64,000 nucleotides of DNA from a virus. A model generated the notes under the pieces. The model searched no databases, was not told the origin of the DNA, and was given only the letters and a program-made list of their open reading frames with translations. The translations under genes and the position numbers were made by a program. How positions within the stretch are numbered: the stretch's first letter is position 1; every line of letters starts with the position of its first letter. Positions 26,297 through 36,681 of the stretch are shown piece by piece. The stretch spans positions 1,293 to 65,292 of IMG/VR virus record IMGVR_UViG_3300021399_000164; one strand, 5' to 3'.

Positions 26297-28219
26297 ATGA
26301 AAACAAGTTTGTTAGATGTGCAAAAGGTTGATACAGAGTTTCGTTTGAATCACAACCGTATTGGTTTATTTAATTCTCATTTTCAGAATTTCAAGCAATT
26401 CGGAGTTCCAAAGGCACAGTTAATTATTGCCGATGTTCCATATTGTTATGACGCGGAAACAGAATGTTTTACCCGTAATGGGTGGAAACATTACAATGAA
26501 ATCACAATGGATGATGAAGTTTTGTCGCTTAATCATGAAACACAAGAAATGGAATATAGCGGCATCGCAAATATAATAGTTCGTGATTGCGATGAACCAA
26601 TGGTAAGTTTTAGTACCACAGACTTGAACTTATTTGTATCATCAAAACATCGGTGTTATACTGTGGAAAAGTTTATTCCTAATCTTAAATATGGGAAACG
26701 GATACGCAACAGAAAAAGAAATAATGTTGAGAATATACGTCTTGCAGAAAGTATAACGGATACTTCTTCAATTCCAAGAAGCGGTTATAAGTGGATTGGT
26801 GGACATATTGAGGAATATGTGGAAATCCCATGCGTTAAAATAAAACACAATGGGAAAACACGAAAATACCACATGACGAAAAGCATAAAGGTTGATACAA
26901 GAACATGGTTGCGTTTCTTTGGATTATGGCTTGCCGACGGTTGTACCACGAAATCTGGGTCTGGCTATGTTGTTAGCATAAAACAACACAACAACAACCG
27001 CTACAAAGTTGTTGAAATCTTAAACGCCTTACCATTTGATTATTCCGAACATCAAAACATCGGTAGAGACGTGGCTAATTATAACATATATTCAAAGCAA
27101 CTTTATTCTTATCTCACACAATTTGGCAAAAGCAGGGGTAAGTTTATTCCTCGTTGGATATTAGATTTGCCAAAAGATTATCTAACCATCTTTTGGGAAG
27201 CATATACGTTTGGTGATAGCCATCCGAATGGGCAAGGAATTAGAATAAGTTCTATGTCTGAAAAACTTATTATAGGATTGCAAGAAGTTGCACTTAAACT
27301 TGGAACAATATGTCAAATACGCACACAAGAAACAAGGACTGGTGTGCTATATTATTTCCAATATAATCCCAAATCACGCAATATTAAATATGGGAAAAAG
27401 GAAATTGTGGATGGGTACAACAACTTGATGTGGTGCTTAACACTCAAAAAGAATAGTGTTTTTTTGGTAAGAAGAAACGGACTTATATGTTTTAGTGGAA
27501 ATTGCATTGGGGTTAATGCTTACGGCAGCAATCCTAAATGGTATGTTGATGGTGACAATAAGAACGGTGAAAGCGAACTGGCTGGCGAGGAGTTCTTTGC
27601 AACCGACAAAGATTTCCGTCCAGCAGAGTTTATGCACTTTTGCAGCCAAATGCTCCGTCCAGAACCGAAAGAAAAAGGCAAAGCACCATGTATGGTGCTG
27701 TTTTGTGAATTTGAACAACAATTCTATTTTATTGAACTTGCAAAAAGATATGGGTTTAAACATTATATCAATCTGGTATTTCGCAAGAACTACAGCGCAC
27801 AGGTCTTAAAGGCAAATATGCGAGTGGTCGGCAATTGTGAATATGGATTGATTCTTTATCGTGACAAACTGCCGAAATTCAACAATAACGGGCAGATGGT
27901 CATGAATTGTATTGATTATCCTCGAGAATTGGGATGTGAGCGGATTCATCCGACACAAAAAAGCTTGCCGTTATTGAAATTCTTGATTGAGTTATTCACA
28001 GATGTGGATGATGTTGTGATTGACCCTGTTGCTGGAAGTGGTTCTTCACTCATTGCTGCTATGCAGTTAAATAGGAAAGCTTATGGATTTGAGATAAGCA
28101 AAAGATTTTATACGGAAGCTTGTGGCTTGATAAGGAAGAATGGGGGGCATGTTGATTTATTCAATGAAAGTCCTCAGTTAAAGAAACGTGAATTATATAC
28201 ACAGCAAAAATTATTCTGA
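26297..28219 (+). CDS. N6A/N4C DNA methyltransferase (beta class) containing an intein
   Basis: DVPY catalytic motif, HPTQKS, VIDPVAGSGS; about 353-aa insert. Confidence 0.9.
   Translation: MKTSLLDVQKVDTEFRLNHNRIGLFNSHFQNFKQFGVPKAQLIIADVPYCYDAETECFTRNGWKHYNEITMDDEVLSLNHETQEMEYSGIANIIVRDCDEPMVSFSTTDLNLFVSSKHRCYTVEKFIPNLKYGKRIRNRKRNNVENIRLAESITDTSSIPRSGYKWIGGHIEEYVEIPCVKIKHNGKTRKYHMTKSIKVDTRTWLRFFGLWLADGCTTKSGSGYVVSIKQHNNNRYKVVEILNALPFDYSEHQNIGRDVANYNIYSKQLYSYLTQFGKSRGKFIPRWILDLPKDYLTIFWEAYTFGDSHPNGQGIRISSMSEKLIIGLQEVALKLGTICQIRTQETRTGVLYYFQYNPKSRNIKYGKKEIVDGYNNLMWCLTLKKNSVFLVRRNGLICFSGNCIGVNAYGSNPKWYVDGDNKNGESELAGEEFFATDKDFRPAEFMHFCSQMLRPEPKEKGKAPCMVLFCEFEQQFYFIELAKRYGFKHYINLVFRKNYSAQVLKANMRVVGNCEYGLILYRDKLPKFNNNGQMVMNCIDYPRELGCERIHPTQKSLPLLKFLIELFTDVDDVVIDPVAGSGSSLIAAMQLNRKAYGFEISKRFYTEACGLIRKNGGHVDLFNESPQLKKRELYTQQKLF
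26444..27502 (+). mobile_element. intein with LAGLIDADG homing endonuclease
   Basis: Begins CYDAETECFTRNGWK, block B SSKH, FFGLWLADG, ends WCLT...VRRNG..FSGN followed by a +1 Cys. Confidence 0.9.
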
Positions 28220-28220
28220 C

Positions 28221-29006
28221 ATGATAATACCGAACAACATATATCTTGGTGATTGCCTTGAATTGATGCCACAGATTGAAGAAAAATCAGTCGATTTGAT
28301 TCTATGTGATTTACCATACGGTGTTCTGAATCAAAGAAACAAACACGCACAATGGGATTCCATAATCCCTTTTGAACCGCTTTGGGAACAATATAAGAGG
28401 TTAATTAAGGACACAGGAATTATAGTATTGTTCGCACAAGGAATGTTCACGGCAAAATTAATGATGTCAAATCCTGATTGGTGGCGGTATAATCTTGTGT
28501 GGCACAAAGAGATGGTAACAGGATTTCTTGATGCGAACCGCAAACCGCTAAGATGTCATGAAGATATTTGTGTGTTCGCACCCAATTTCTATCAGACAAC
28601 TTATAATCCGCAAATGACCAAAGTGCCATGGGGAGAGAGAAATCATCGTCATGTAAACTCTATAAGAAAAAATTCATGCTATGGTAATTTCAAGGCAAAA
28701 CCGACAAGGATTGCGGATGATAAATATCCGAGGTCAATTATAAGTTTTCCGAAACAAAAAAAAGAAGACGAGATGGAATATAAATATCATCCGACAAACA
28801 AGCCTGTTGATTTGCTCCGCTATCTGATTCTGACTTATTCAAACGAGGGCGATTTGGTTCTCGACAATACTATGGGCAGCGGGTCAACATGTGTGGCTGC
28901 AATAAAGGAAAAGCGGAAGTTTATCGGTATTGAGATTACAGAAGAATATTTTGATATAGCCAAAAGTAGGATTGAAAGGGAGTTGTCACAACCAACATTA
29001 TTTTGA
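28221..29006 (+). CDS. N6A/N4C DNA methyltransferase (beta class)
   Basis: GDCLELM, ILCDLPYG, HPTNKP, VLDNTMGSGST. Confidence 0.92.
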   Translation: MIIPNNIYLGDCLELMPQIEEKSVDLILCDLPYGVLNQRNKHAQWDSIIPFEPLWEQYKRLIKDTGIIVLFAQGMFTAKLMMSNPDWWRYNLVWHKEMVTGFLDANRKPLRCHEDICVFAPNFYQTTYNPQMTKVPWGERNHRHVNSIRKNSCYGNFKAKPTRIADDKYPRSIISFPKQKKEDEMEYKYHPTNKPVDLLRYLILTYSNEGDLVLDNTMGSGSTCVAAIKEKRKFIGIEITEEYFDIAKSRIERELSQPTLF

Positions 29007-29016
29007 TTAAAATAAA

Positions 29017-29050
29017 TTTGGAATATTCAAAAGAAATAACTAAATTTGCA
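29017..29050 (+). promoter_or_regulatory. promoter with conserved box
   Basis: TTTGGAATATTCAAAA-N8-TAAATTTGCA. Confidence 0.8.
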
Positions 29051-29104
29051 AAAGATTTTGTTTTTCTTTCATTGTTGTTAGATTTTTGATAAGTTAAGAT
29101 GGAT

Positions 29105-29176
29105 TGCCATATCGTATAATGGTCAGTACAACAGATTTTGGTTCTGTCGGTCAAGGTTCGATTCCTTGTGTGGCAA
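29105..29176 (+). tRNA. tRNA-Gln(TTG)
   Basis: TGCCATA/TGTGGCA acceptor, GTAT/GTAC D-arm, ACAGA TTTTGGT TCTGT anticodon arm, CAAGG TTCGATT CCTTG T-arm; CCA not encoded. Confidence 0.9.
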
Positions 29177-29219
29177 CAAGTAGTTTTATTTTTTTTATTC
29201 ACCAAAACTGATTTTATTT

Positions 29220-30347
29220 ATGGGAACATTTAGATTCAATGTTGATTCTGTTCTTCCGAAACTTACACAAGTTTCAAATGTCATTGGCAACAAGTCCACC
29301 TTGCCAGTTTTTGAATGCGTATATTTCACAGAGAAAGAAGGTAATCTTTTCCTGAAAGCAAGCGATGGGGAAACTTGGATTGAGATGCGATGTGACGGCG
29401 TGACGATTGAATCAAAGATTGACTTTTGTGTCAACTCAAAGAATTTCGTTTCAACATTAAGAAATTTGTCGGGTGCCGATGTTCGGATTGATATTGATGA
29501 GCAAAAGAACCTGTTGTATGGATTCTATGGAAAGAAAGGTAAATTCAAGTTGCCAATCAGGAAAGGCTCAGAATTTGTTAACGAGACATCAATTGACACA
29601 AGTAAAGTCGTTTCATTGTCCGTTGGTCAGCAAGCATTGGCAAATGCGATACAAAGTACTGACTTTGCGGTCGCCAATGATGAGTTGCGTCCGATAATGA
29701 ATGGAATCCATTTTGATTTTTCACAAAACGGCATGGAGTCAGCGGCAAGTGACGGGCACAGATTGGTTCATTATGTTGACGAAAGTACAAGAATTGATAA
29801 TGAACCAAAGGGATTCACGTTGCCGACCAAACCTTCAAGAATCATTCTCCCTTTGCTTTCAGAATCGTTTATCGACATAGAATTTACCGATGAACAATTA
29901 AGACTGAAATCAGACGATTGGTTCGTACAAACCAGACTTTGCGTAGGTCGTTATCCTAACTACAAAGGAGTGATTCCAAGGAATAATGAAAATCATTCTG
30001 TAGTCAACAAATCGCAATTGCTGAACGTGCTTAACAGGGTTATCCCGTTCGGGAGTGTGAATACCAAGATGGTTAAGATGTTGTTCGGTAACAATGAGAT
30101 TCTCATTTCAGCAGAGGATATAGATTGGTCGACATCTTCTGAGGAGTCGGTCGATTGCCAATATGATGGTGCTAATGGAATCCTGATAGGTTTCAAAGGC
30201 GATTTGCTGACGCAAGTTGTCAGGAACATACAATGTGACGAAATAGCAATTGATATACGAGATTCAAGAACAGCAGCCGTGTTCCGACCATTGAATGACA
30301 TTGAGAACACCAAGTATGTTTCAATTCTCATGCCATTGATGTTATAA
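29220..30347 (+). CDS. dnaN: DNA polymerase III beta sliding clamp
   Basis: FAVANDELRPIMNGIHF, ASDGHRL, GRYPNYKGVIP, C-terminal ILMPLML; 375 aa. Confidence 0.92.
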   Translation: MGTFRFNVDSVLPKLTQVSNVIGNKSTLPVFECVYFTEKEGNLFLKASDGETWIEMRCDGVTIESKIDFCVNSKNFVSTLRNLSGADVRIDIDEQKNLLYGFYGKKGKFKLPIRKGSEFVNETSIDTSKVVSLSVGQQALANAIQSTDFAVANDELRPIMNGIHFDFSQNGMESAASDGHRLVHYVDESTRIDNEPKGFTLPTKPSRIILPLLSESFIDIEFTDEQLRLKSDDWFVQTRLCVGRYPNYKGVIPRNNENHSVVNKSQLLNVLNRVIPFGSVNTKMVKMLFGNNEILISAEDIDWSTSSEESVDCQYDGANGILIGFKGDLLTQVVRNIQCDEIAIDIRDSRTAAVFRPLNDIENTKYVSILMPLML

Positions 30348-30358
30348 TCGGCTCAGTA

Positions 30359-31066
30359 ATGATGACACTGGAAACTATAAATAAAGCATATGAAGTGGAT
30401 ACGGACGATGCATATGTGTCGTTTTTGTCCACTTTTACTGCTGATTATGATTTGCTGGTCGCATCAATACTTACGGCGTGGCTTCGTAATGATGACAATG
30501 ATAATTTCTCCGCAATATCAAAGATAGTCAAGGAACGTCTGAAACCTACCCCGATTGCCTTTGTCCTTAATTTCAAAGATACTGATGAGTTCCATGATGA
30601 AAGCCTTTATGGGAATGTGTCCGAAAAGAATTTCCGTAATTTGATACTTCTGATTAAGAAAGTCACTACTATGCAAAATGGTGTGAAGAATACTTATCAG
30701 AACTATATGACTTCACCAAGACATAAGTGCAAATACGGACATGATGCCATGGCTTTGATGTTTGGTTACAACACCCATTTCCCCACAACAGATTGCAAGG
30801 GTACTTTTTACAGATATAATCTTTTGCTTTACTGGTTTGTGTATAAATTCAGAATTTGGGATGATGTGGACACAAGTAAACTGCTGTTGCCTTGCAATGA
30901 TTTTATCTTTCAGCGAGCCAAGGAACTTGGTGTCACAAAGAAAAAAATGAAATCCACATTGAGCAACACGATAAAACTCACAAGAGATGCGAGATGGTAT
31001 TATGGTGAAAATGAATTTTGGAAAATGTTTGAACTGCTAAACTTTTATAGCCATGACAAAAAATGA
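30359..31066 (+). CDS. hypothetical protein, weakly resembling TIGR02757/DUF2400
   Basis: RYNLLLYW...IW....SKLLLP....Q.AKELG pattern. Confidence 0.55.
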   Translation: MMTLETINKAYEVDTDDAYVSFLSTFTADYDLLVASILTAWLRNDDNDNFSAISKIVKERLKPTPIAFVLNFKDTDEFHDESLYGNVSEKNFRNLILLIKKVTTMQNGVKNTYQNYMTSPRHKCKYGHDAMALMFGYNTHFPTTDCKGTFYRYNLLLYWFVYKFRIWDDVDTSKLLLPCNDFIFQRAKELGVTKKKMKSTLSNTIKLTRDARWYYGENEFWKMFELLNFYSHDKK

Positions 31067-31235
31067 GTTCTGCAAACGTATGGAATCTTTGGTTCGTGAA
31101 TATTGTAAGGAGAATGACGAGTATGATGATGTTGATGAGTATTATGATTATTGGAGTAATGGCGAGCATGCCAATTACAGTGTGAAACTTGAAATTGACA
31201 GGGAATGTTTCAAAAATGAGGAAGAAGAATATTGA
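31053..31235 (+). CDS. small acidic protein
   Basis: 60 aa, overlaps both neighbours. Confidence 0.55.
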   Translation: MTKNEFCKRMESLVREYCKENDEYDDVDEYYDYWSNGEHANYSVKLEIDRECFKNEEEEY

Positions 31236-31668
31236 ATTGTTTGAGAACGCTTATTCCAACGGGTATCTTGAAAGATGCGCTGGTGGGAAATACGAAGGCA
31301 TGATTGAGGTAGATGGTGTCAGTCTTTCCCCGATAGATGGTTTGTATTTCAAGGAAAAAGGCAAGAACTGGCTGTGGGTTAAAAGGAAAGAGACGATTGA
31401 ATATGACTATATGAACGACACCTACATAAAACGCAAGGCGAATCCGTATTGGGAATGTTATATGGAGAAACAACGTGGCGGTGACATAGCATATGTGGGT
31501 TATTTCGTGTTCTGCCATTTCAGATACGTAATCAAGGGCATATGGGATAGATTCATGAAAGATGTAGACCGAATCAACTTTTATGTTGAAAGACTTCCTA
31601 TGAGTGACCAGACGATAATCAATAATATTAACCTAAAAAACAAAGAAAAATATGAAAACCGAAAATGA
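31216..31668 (+). CDS. hypothetical protein
   Basis: ORF in operon; start moved to the ATG. Confidence 0.7.
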   Translation: MRKKNIELFENAYSNGYLERCAGGKYEGMIEVDGVSLSPIDGLYFKEKGKNWLWVKRKETIEYDYMNDTYIKRKANPYWECYMEKQRGGDIAYVGYFVFCHFRYVIKGIWDRFMKDVDRINFYVERLPMSDQTIINNINLKNKEKYENRK

Positions 31669-32167
31669 AATCAAGAATGAGTGGCTCAGGCTTGACAAGA
31701 AAGTGTTCAAAGAGATAGAGATGATTCTGCAAAACTTTGCCTATGATGAGCAAGTCATGGTGGGCAGTTTCGTTGCTGCATTGTGCGGTGTTGACTATGC
31801 GGACTTGTTTACTGAAAGCAAGAAGCAATACAACACCCATGCAAGATGGCTCTATTGGTATTCACTTCGATATATGTCTGGCGAGACATATGAGAGGATT
31901 TCCGTAAGGACTTACTTTGACGGTTGCAAGTTCTCTAGTCAGAACATCGGAATCGGCATATCAAAGATGACGAAGATGATTGCCCTTGAGTCCGAGTGGA
32001 GAAAAAGATGGCGAATCGTAAAACACCTGATTGACCTGAAGAAAGACCCGAACTCATATCATCAGAATGATTTCACGAATGAGATGCCGCAGAAATACAA
32101 GCTTTCCTTGAATGTTCCGAAGGGTATGAAAAAGAATGTTGAAATAGAAGTGAAGGAGGAAAAATGA
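31652..32167 (+). CDS. hypothetical protein, possibly DnaA-domain-IV-like HTH
   Basis: VAALCGV...L....K....ARWL.WY.LR...G.TY..I. Confidence 0.6.
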   Translation: MKTENEIKNEWLRLDKKVFKEIEMILQNFAYDEQVMVGSFVAALCGVDYADLFTESKKQYNTHARWLYWYSLRYMSGETYERISVRTYFDGCKFSSQNIGIGISKMTKMIALESEWRKRWRIVKHLIDLKKDPNSYHQNDFTNEMPQKYKLSLNVPKGMKKNVEIEVKEEK

Positions 32168-32697
32168 TGGACAAGATATATATTGGCATTGATGTAGGCT
32201 CAAAAGGTTTCATAGCAATTCAGAAAAACGGCGTTTTTAGACACGTTAGCATTGCCGACAATGATTTATACCAATTAAGCGATATAATGCGTCAGATAAG
32301 CGAAGAAGGGGCAAAAAACGGCATTTCTTGCGTTATAGAGGATGTAAAGGCAATATTTGGCAGCAGCGCGAAGGCGACATTCCAATTTGGATTCAATAAA
32401 GGTTATCTTATAGGATTGCTTTGTGCTAATAAAATTCCATACACACTTGTAGCCCCGAAAACATGGCAGAAGGAAATGTGGGAAAATTCAGACATGGTTG
32501 TCACGTACAAGACTGTTACGGTGAAAGGAAAGCAAGTAACGAAGAAAGATGTGAACACCAAGCAGACATCCATCAATTGTTGCAAAAGGCTGTTTCCGAC
32601 TATGGATTTGAGAAAGTCAGATAGGGCAAAGAATATTGATGACAACAAGGTCGATGCCACTCTAATGTGTGAGTTTGCAAGACGCAAAAACTTATGA
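32164..32697 (+). CDS. RuvC-like Holliday junction resolvase
   Basis: YIGIDVG, VIEDV, FQFG...G, V.PKTWQK, D...DATL. Confidence 0.85.
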   Translation: MMDKIYIGIDVGSKGFIAIQKNGVFRHVSIADNDLYQLSDIMRQISEEGAKNGISCVIEDVKAIFGSSAKATFQFGFNKGYLIGLLCANKIPYTLVAPKTWQKEMWENSDMVVTYKTVTVKGKQVTKKDVNTKQTSINCCKRLFPTMDLRKSDRAKNIDDNKVDATLMCEFARRKNL

Positions 32698-32698
32698 T

Positions 32699-33319
32699 AT
32701 GCAAAGTTATAATGACATAAACCAGACTATATTCAATCGTGGACTGACATTCACGATTCAGGATTACACCTTCGTCACATTCGTTGTACTTGGTGAGGAT
32801 ATTGCCGTTGCCTATGCTTTGTCTTATGAACCATCAGAATACAAGAAAGTACAAGGAACGGAAAACGAGCAGGAATATCTTGCTGAGAAACGCAAAGAAG
32901 CGGAGGTGACATTACAACAACAAGAAGTTATACAGTTGCGTGAGGAGATAAGCGAGGGATATCGTGCCGATATTCAGCAAAAGGCTTTATCCCTTGAACA
33001 AATTGAGTTCACTGCGGCTGATATTAATGCCTTGTTGAATAAATTACTTGCAACCCAAGCCAAGGACTTGGACAGCGCGTCAATACGTGAGATGCTGTCA
33101 ATTATTCATGAGTTGGTGAACAATTTTGGTCTGTCGTCAGGTAATGATGCGTTTGCAAAACATTTCATAACAATCCAGCCTAAATTCAACGCATTGTGCC
33201 ATTGCGGACACGAAATGGACATCGTGAAAGGAATGGATTGTATTTGCCCACATTGCAAGGCGGTGTATAAATGGTCAGAAGACGAACAAAGATATTATCC
33301 AGATTATTCAGAACTATGA
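32699..33319 (+). CDS. hypothetical protein with C-terminal Zn ribbon
   Basis: CHCG...CPHC. Confidence 0.7.
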   Translation: MQSYNDINQTIFNRGLTFTIQDYTFVTFVVLGEDIAVAYALSYEPSEYKKVQGTENEQEYLAEKRKEAEVTLQQQEVIQLREEISEGYRADIQQKALSLEQIEFTAADINALLNKLLATQAKDLDSASIREMLSIIHELVNNFGLSSGNDAFAKHFITIQPKFNALCHCGHEMDIVKGMDCICPHCKAVYKWSEDEQRYYPDYSEL

Positions 33320-33699
33320 TTGAAATTTTAGATATTCCAATTTACGAGACAACATTTGTGTTTGTAGTTGAAGCGTCAGTTGAAGAATGGAAAGACTTTT
33401 ATTTGAAATGGTCTGACATGCTTTCTGATGACGATAACAAATCTGTAGTTGATACAATAAACGATGTGAGATATAATGGTTGTTGCATCCTGACAAATAA
33501 AAACGATTATATAATCTACATACGTGAAAAAACAAATCATGGTGACATCGCACATGAGATTTTTCATGCTTGCAACCGATTGCTTACCAGGCTTGAATTT
33601 GCCCATGAGGAAACGGCGGAGGGGTGGGCATATCTTATTGGCTATGTGACAAATAAATTCTACGAAATGATGGAAAGAAACAAAAAGGGTAGTGAATGA
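33316..33699 (+). CDS. HExxH metallopeptidase-like protein
   Basis: AHEIFH...EGWAYLIGY. Confidence 0.7.
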   Translation: MIEILDIPIYETTFVFVVEASVEEWKDFYLKWSDMLSDDDNKSVVDTINDVRYNGCCILTNKNDYIIYIREKTNHGDIAHEIFHACNRLLTRLEFAHEETAEGWAYLIGYVTNKFYEMMERNKKGSE

Positions 33700-33710
33700 C
33701 GCTACCCTTT
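33684..33710. terminator. hairpin at the junction of convergent genes
   Basis: AAAGGGTAG...CTACCCTTT. Confidence 0.55.
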
Positions 33711-34097
33711 CTTCATAACACCGTCTTCCATCAAAATGCGTGTCACTTTACGCATAATAAACCCTTGAAGCCAAGCTCCATCTTCCCCGCCTTGTGGAAT
33801 CATATAATAGTCAAGTATGGATGCTTGTATATGGTCTATCTCATGTGATATGGAATCCATGAATTGTTCAAAGGAAGACGCTTCGGAAATAAACACCACA
33901 CTCATCTTGAGGTCACTTCTTGATATTGTCATACCTGTGTTAATACCCAAAAGGATTCTTATCGCCCTTGATATTTCACGTTCTGAAACACCAAAAGAAT
34001 CCATTATCGCAGACATCTCGTCAACATCGAGAAAGTCAAAATCATAGCAGAAAATGATTCCCCAAGACCCATCTATGTCAATGTAACGTTTCTTCAT
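33702..34097 (-). CDS. HExxH-containing hypothetical protein
   Basis: SISHEIDH...EDGAWLQG. Confidence 0.7.
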   Translation of the reverse strand: MKKRYIDIDGSWGIIFCYDFDFLDVDEMSAIMDSFGVSEREISRAIRILLGINTGMTISRSDLKMSVVFISEASSFEQFMDSISHEIDHIQASILDYYMIPQGGEDGAWLQGFIMRKVTRILMEDGVMKKG

Positions 34098-34492
34098 AAC
34101 ATTCTTTCCCAATGAATAGGTATGTCAGCATTACACATCTTTGCCTCAAAACAAGACAGAACATTGTCAGGCATGCCGTCTGGGTCGCAAATGGTTTCCT
34201 CAACGAACATAGCACGTTGCTTGTCGTTCACCAATGTTTTCGGATAATCGGCAACAGCCATATTGAAAAGATACCAAGCAGTGTAAATAAACTCGTCAGG
34301 CATCTCAACACCGTTTTCCTTTAATACCATTTGAACATCTTCAAGTGTTCTTTGCTTTATCTTCTTCATCTCCTTTGTGGTCTGGTCTTTGGACTCCATC
34401 TTGCTTATTGCCCATTCTGCCAGTTTCTTGCTAAACAACCCATGATTTTCATCCTCGTACATCGCACGACCTTCTGATATATAGTTCTTCAT
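34094..34492 (-). CDS. hypothetical protein
   Basis: HGLFSKKLAEWA...FNM..ADY...DPDG...W. Confidence 0.7.
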   Translation of the reverse strand: MKNYISEGRAMYEDENHGLFSKKLAEWAISKMESKDQTTKEMKKIKQRTLEDVQMVLKENGVEMPDEFIYTAWYLFNMAVADYPKTLVNDKQRAMFVEETICDPDGMPDNVLSCFEAKMCNADIPIHWERML

Positions 34493-34527
34493 AAACAAAT
34501 CATTTTAATTGGTTGATAATCTAATAA

Positions 34528-34560
34528 TTAAGGGGAAATCATACAAGAAATCCCCTTAAT
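34528..34560. terminator. intergenic hairpin
   Basis: TTAAGGGGA...TCCCCTTAAT. Confidence 0.45.
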
Positions 34561-34581
34561 ATAATCATGTGTCAATATGAA

Positions 34582-34818
34582 TTACACAAATCGTCCACGG
34601 CTGTCACGACTCCTACGATATTCTATATCGTCCTCATCTTCTTCCTTGTCTTCCCAACCGTGCTTGTAACCTTGACGATAGCCTTTCTCATAATCGTCAC
34701 GATAGTTTCCACCATCATAGCGATAACCGCCCCTGCGCATGTTTCTGCGCATCTGCGAACGCATCTGTTGCTGACTGCCACCGCTTTCGCTGTCTTTGTC
34801 TACAAATATCCAAGCCAT
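34582..34818 (-). CDS. small R/G/Y-rich low-complexity protein
   Basis: Ends RRSRDSRGRFV. Confidence 0.65.
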   Translation of the reverse strand: MAWIFVDKDSESGGSQQQMRSQMRRNMRRGGYRYDGGNYRDDYEKGYRQGYKHGWEDKEEDEDDIEYRRSRDSRGRFV

Positions 34819-34844
34819 AATTAATCTGGTTTTTAAGTTATGGA

Positions 34845-35384
34845 TTAAACAGTCGGTGAACCGCCATTCAACTGCCTAAGAATGGATAGTATTTCCGTGT
34901 TTTGCTTTTTCATTTCTGCAAGTTGAGCGTCTTGTGCTTGTTGCCGTTCTTGCAATGCTTTGATAGTTCGTGCGTTTTGTTTATTTTCTGCATATTGCGG
35001 ATTTAGTGCTTCTATCATCTTCTCACTTTCCGCAATTACAGACTTATGATAAGGCACTTGCTCAATTGCTTTCTTTGAAGTCTGCAACATTGCGTCCACC
35101 GCCTGAAGCATCGCCTCACGGCTTCCGCTGAATGTGTCATTGCCCCTTGCGGCTATCTCAACATTGATGGGAATTTCAGCAAAAGTCTCATCTTTCCCGT
35201 TTATCGTGGCGACAACATCAATAACTTGCTGGACTTGCATTCCTGCCATCACATTCGGCGTTTGCGTGGGAAATTTTGCCCTAGGTTGCGTCTTGGACTT
35301 TACCACACCAACATCCAACACAGGCTTTTCGCCTTTCCTTAAAACATAGAACGGATTGCCGTTCCCAAGACTATTGAAATCCAT
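34845..35384 (-). CDS. hypothetical protein with C-terminal coiled coil
   Basis: 179 aa ORF. Confidence 0.75.
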   Translation of the reverse strand: MDFNSLGNGNPFYVLRKGEKPVLDVGVVKSKTQPRAKFPTQTPNVMAGMQVQQVIDVVATINGKDETFAEIPINVEIAARGNDTFSGSREAMLQAVDAMLQTSKKAIEQVPYHKSVIAESEKMIEALNPQYAENKQNARTIKALQERQQAQDAQLAEMKKQNTEILSILRQLNGGSPTV

Positions 35385-35407
35385 AATTATTCGTTTTAAA
35401 TTTTAAA

Positions 35408-35746
35408 TTAAACAGTTGTACGTGACATCAATTGTAAGATTCCGTCAAAACGATTGTTGAACACCAGAAAAACACCAGTGCCGCCAATAAGTTCCGCAAC
35501 GGTCACAGGAGTACCATCAAACAAAGTCAAGGCTCTTGTCGTACCATTAAGGGTAAGAGTTATTGGCAAAGTTGTAGTAGTTCCAGTAGGTATAGCATCA
35601 GACAACCTTACGGTGAAATATCCGACTGGTTGGATTCTCCTGAATCCCAATGCAATGTCAACAGAATCAGTTCCTACAGTCACGTTGGTTGAAGGCAAGT
35701 AAGCGACACCACCTGCATTCGTTGTGATATTATTAAAACATCCCAT
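35408..35746 (-). CDS. small beta-rich protein
   Basis: 112 aa, Thr/Val-rich. Confidence 0.7.
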   Translation of the reverse strand: MGCFNNITTNAGGVAYLPSTNVTVGTDSVDIALGFRRIQPVGYFTVRLSDAIPTGTTTTLPITLTLNGTTRALTLFDGTPVTVAELIGGTGVFLVFNNRFDGILQLMSRTTV

Positions 35747-35766
35747 ACGTACCTCCTTTCGCTTAC

Positions 35767-36681
35767 TTAAAATATTATGTTGCCTCCAAATCCGTTACCA
35801 TAGTAGCCGTTGAAGCCTCCGTAGAAGCCACCGTTCACATAAGGCGTTGTGTTTACTGCGGTCAATTGAGGCCACTGAACGGGTACGGTCTGAGGCATCT
35901 TATTCTCGATTTCAGTAACACTCTTCTGCAATGGGGCAACCACGCTGTTGACGTAACCGATGATTTGGTTCGTCTGATTAGCATTGTCGGCTGCATTGCG
36001 CAACTGAGTGATGATGTCGGCTTGTGTGTCAATCTTAGACTGCATTTCACGCTCCTTAACATCACAGAACGACTGAATCATGGTAGCCTTGAGGTCTGCA
36101 ATAGCGTCAACGTTACGCTGACCGTTTGCGTTCATGGTGTTCTGTAAGGTGTTGGTCTGATTGCAAAGAGCCAACTGCTGTTCGCAGCAACACTTCTGGA
36201 AATAGCTTATGATGTTGGCATCGCCACTTTGGATTGAGTTGATGATTTGAGGAACACTTACTGCTTGCTGGAGAGCCATTGTCTGCAATGCGTTCTGCAC
36301 ATTCTGAACAGCACCGTTTACAAGGTTGAAGTCCTGACCAAGCATTGTGCTTAATGTCTGAATAGCGGTACGTGAAGCCTCACCTTGATTAGTGATTGCG
36401 TTCATGATAAGTTCACGCCCCGAGTCGTTATTGAGTTGATTAGCAATGAAACCCGCTGCGCCGTTACCTCCGCCAAAGCTTCCATTGCCAAATCCGCCGT
36501 TGTTCCAACCGAACATTGAAGCAATGATAGCAAGTCCAAACAAGTCAGCAATCCCGTTCATGCCGTAGTTGCCACCGAACAGACCGCCTCCACCGAATCC
36601 GCCAAGTGGAATAGAAAAAGGAATGCCATTGAAGCCACCATTTGTATTTTGCCCCTCGGGCAATTGATAGATTTCAGCCAT
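35767..36681 (-). CDS. Gly-rich membrane-anchored coiled-coil protein with CCC motif
   Basis: GGFGGGG, TM segment IADLFGLAIIASMFGW, QKCCCE, Q/N-rich coil. Confidence 0.8.
   Translation of the reverse strand: MAEIYQLPEGQNTNGGFNGIPFSIPLGGFGGGGLFGGNYGMNGIADLFGLAIIASMFGWNNGGFGNGSFGGGNGAAGFIANQLNNDSGRELIMNAITNQGEASRTAIQTLSTMLGQDFNLVNGAVQNVQNALQTMALQQAVSVPQIINSIQSGDANIISYFQKCCCEQQLALCNQTNTLQNTMNANGQRNVDAIADLKATMIQSFCDVKEREMQSKIDTQADIITQLRNAADNANQTNQIIGYVNSVVAPLQKSVTEIENKMPQTVPVQWPQLTAVNTTPYVNGGFYGGFNGYYGNGFGGNIIF

Noticed and set aside
28142-28147. G6 run as a phase-variation site in the intein MTase
   Set aside because: Short, in frame and downstream of all catalytic motifs.
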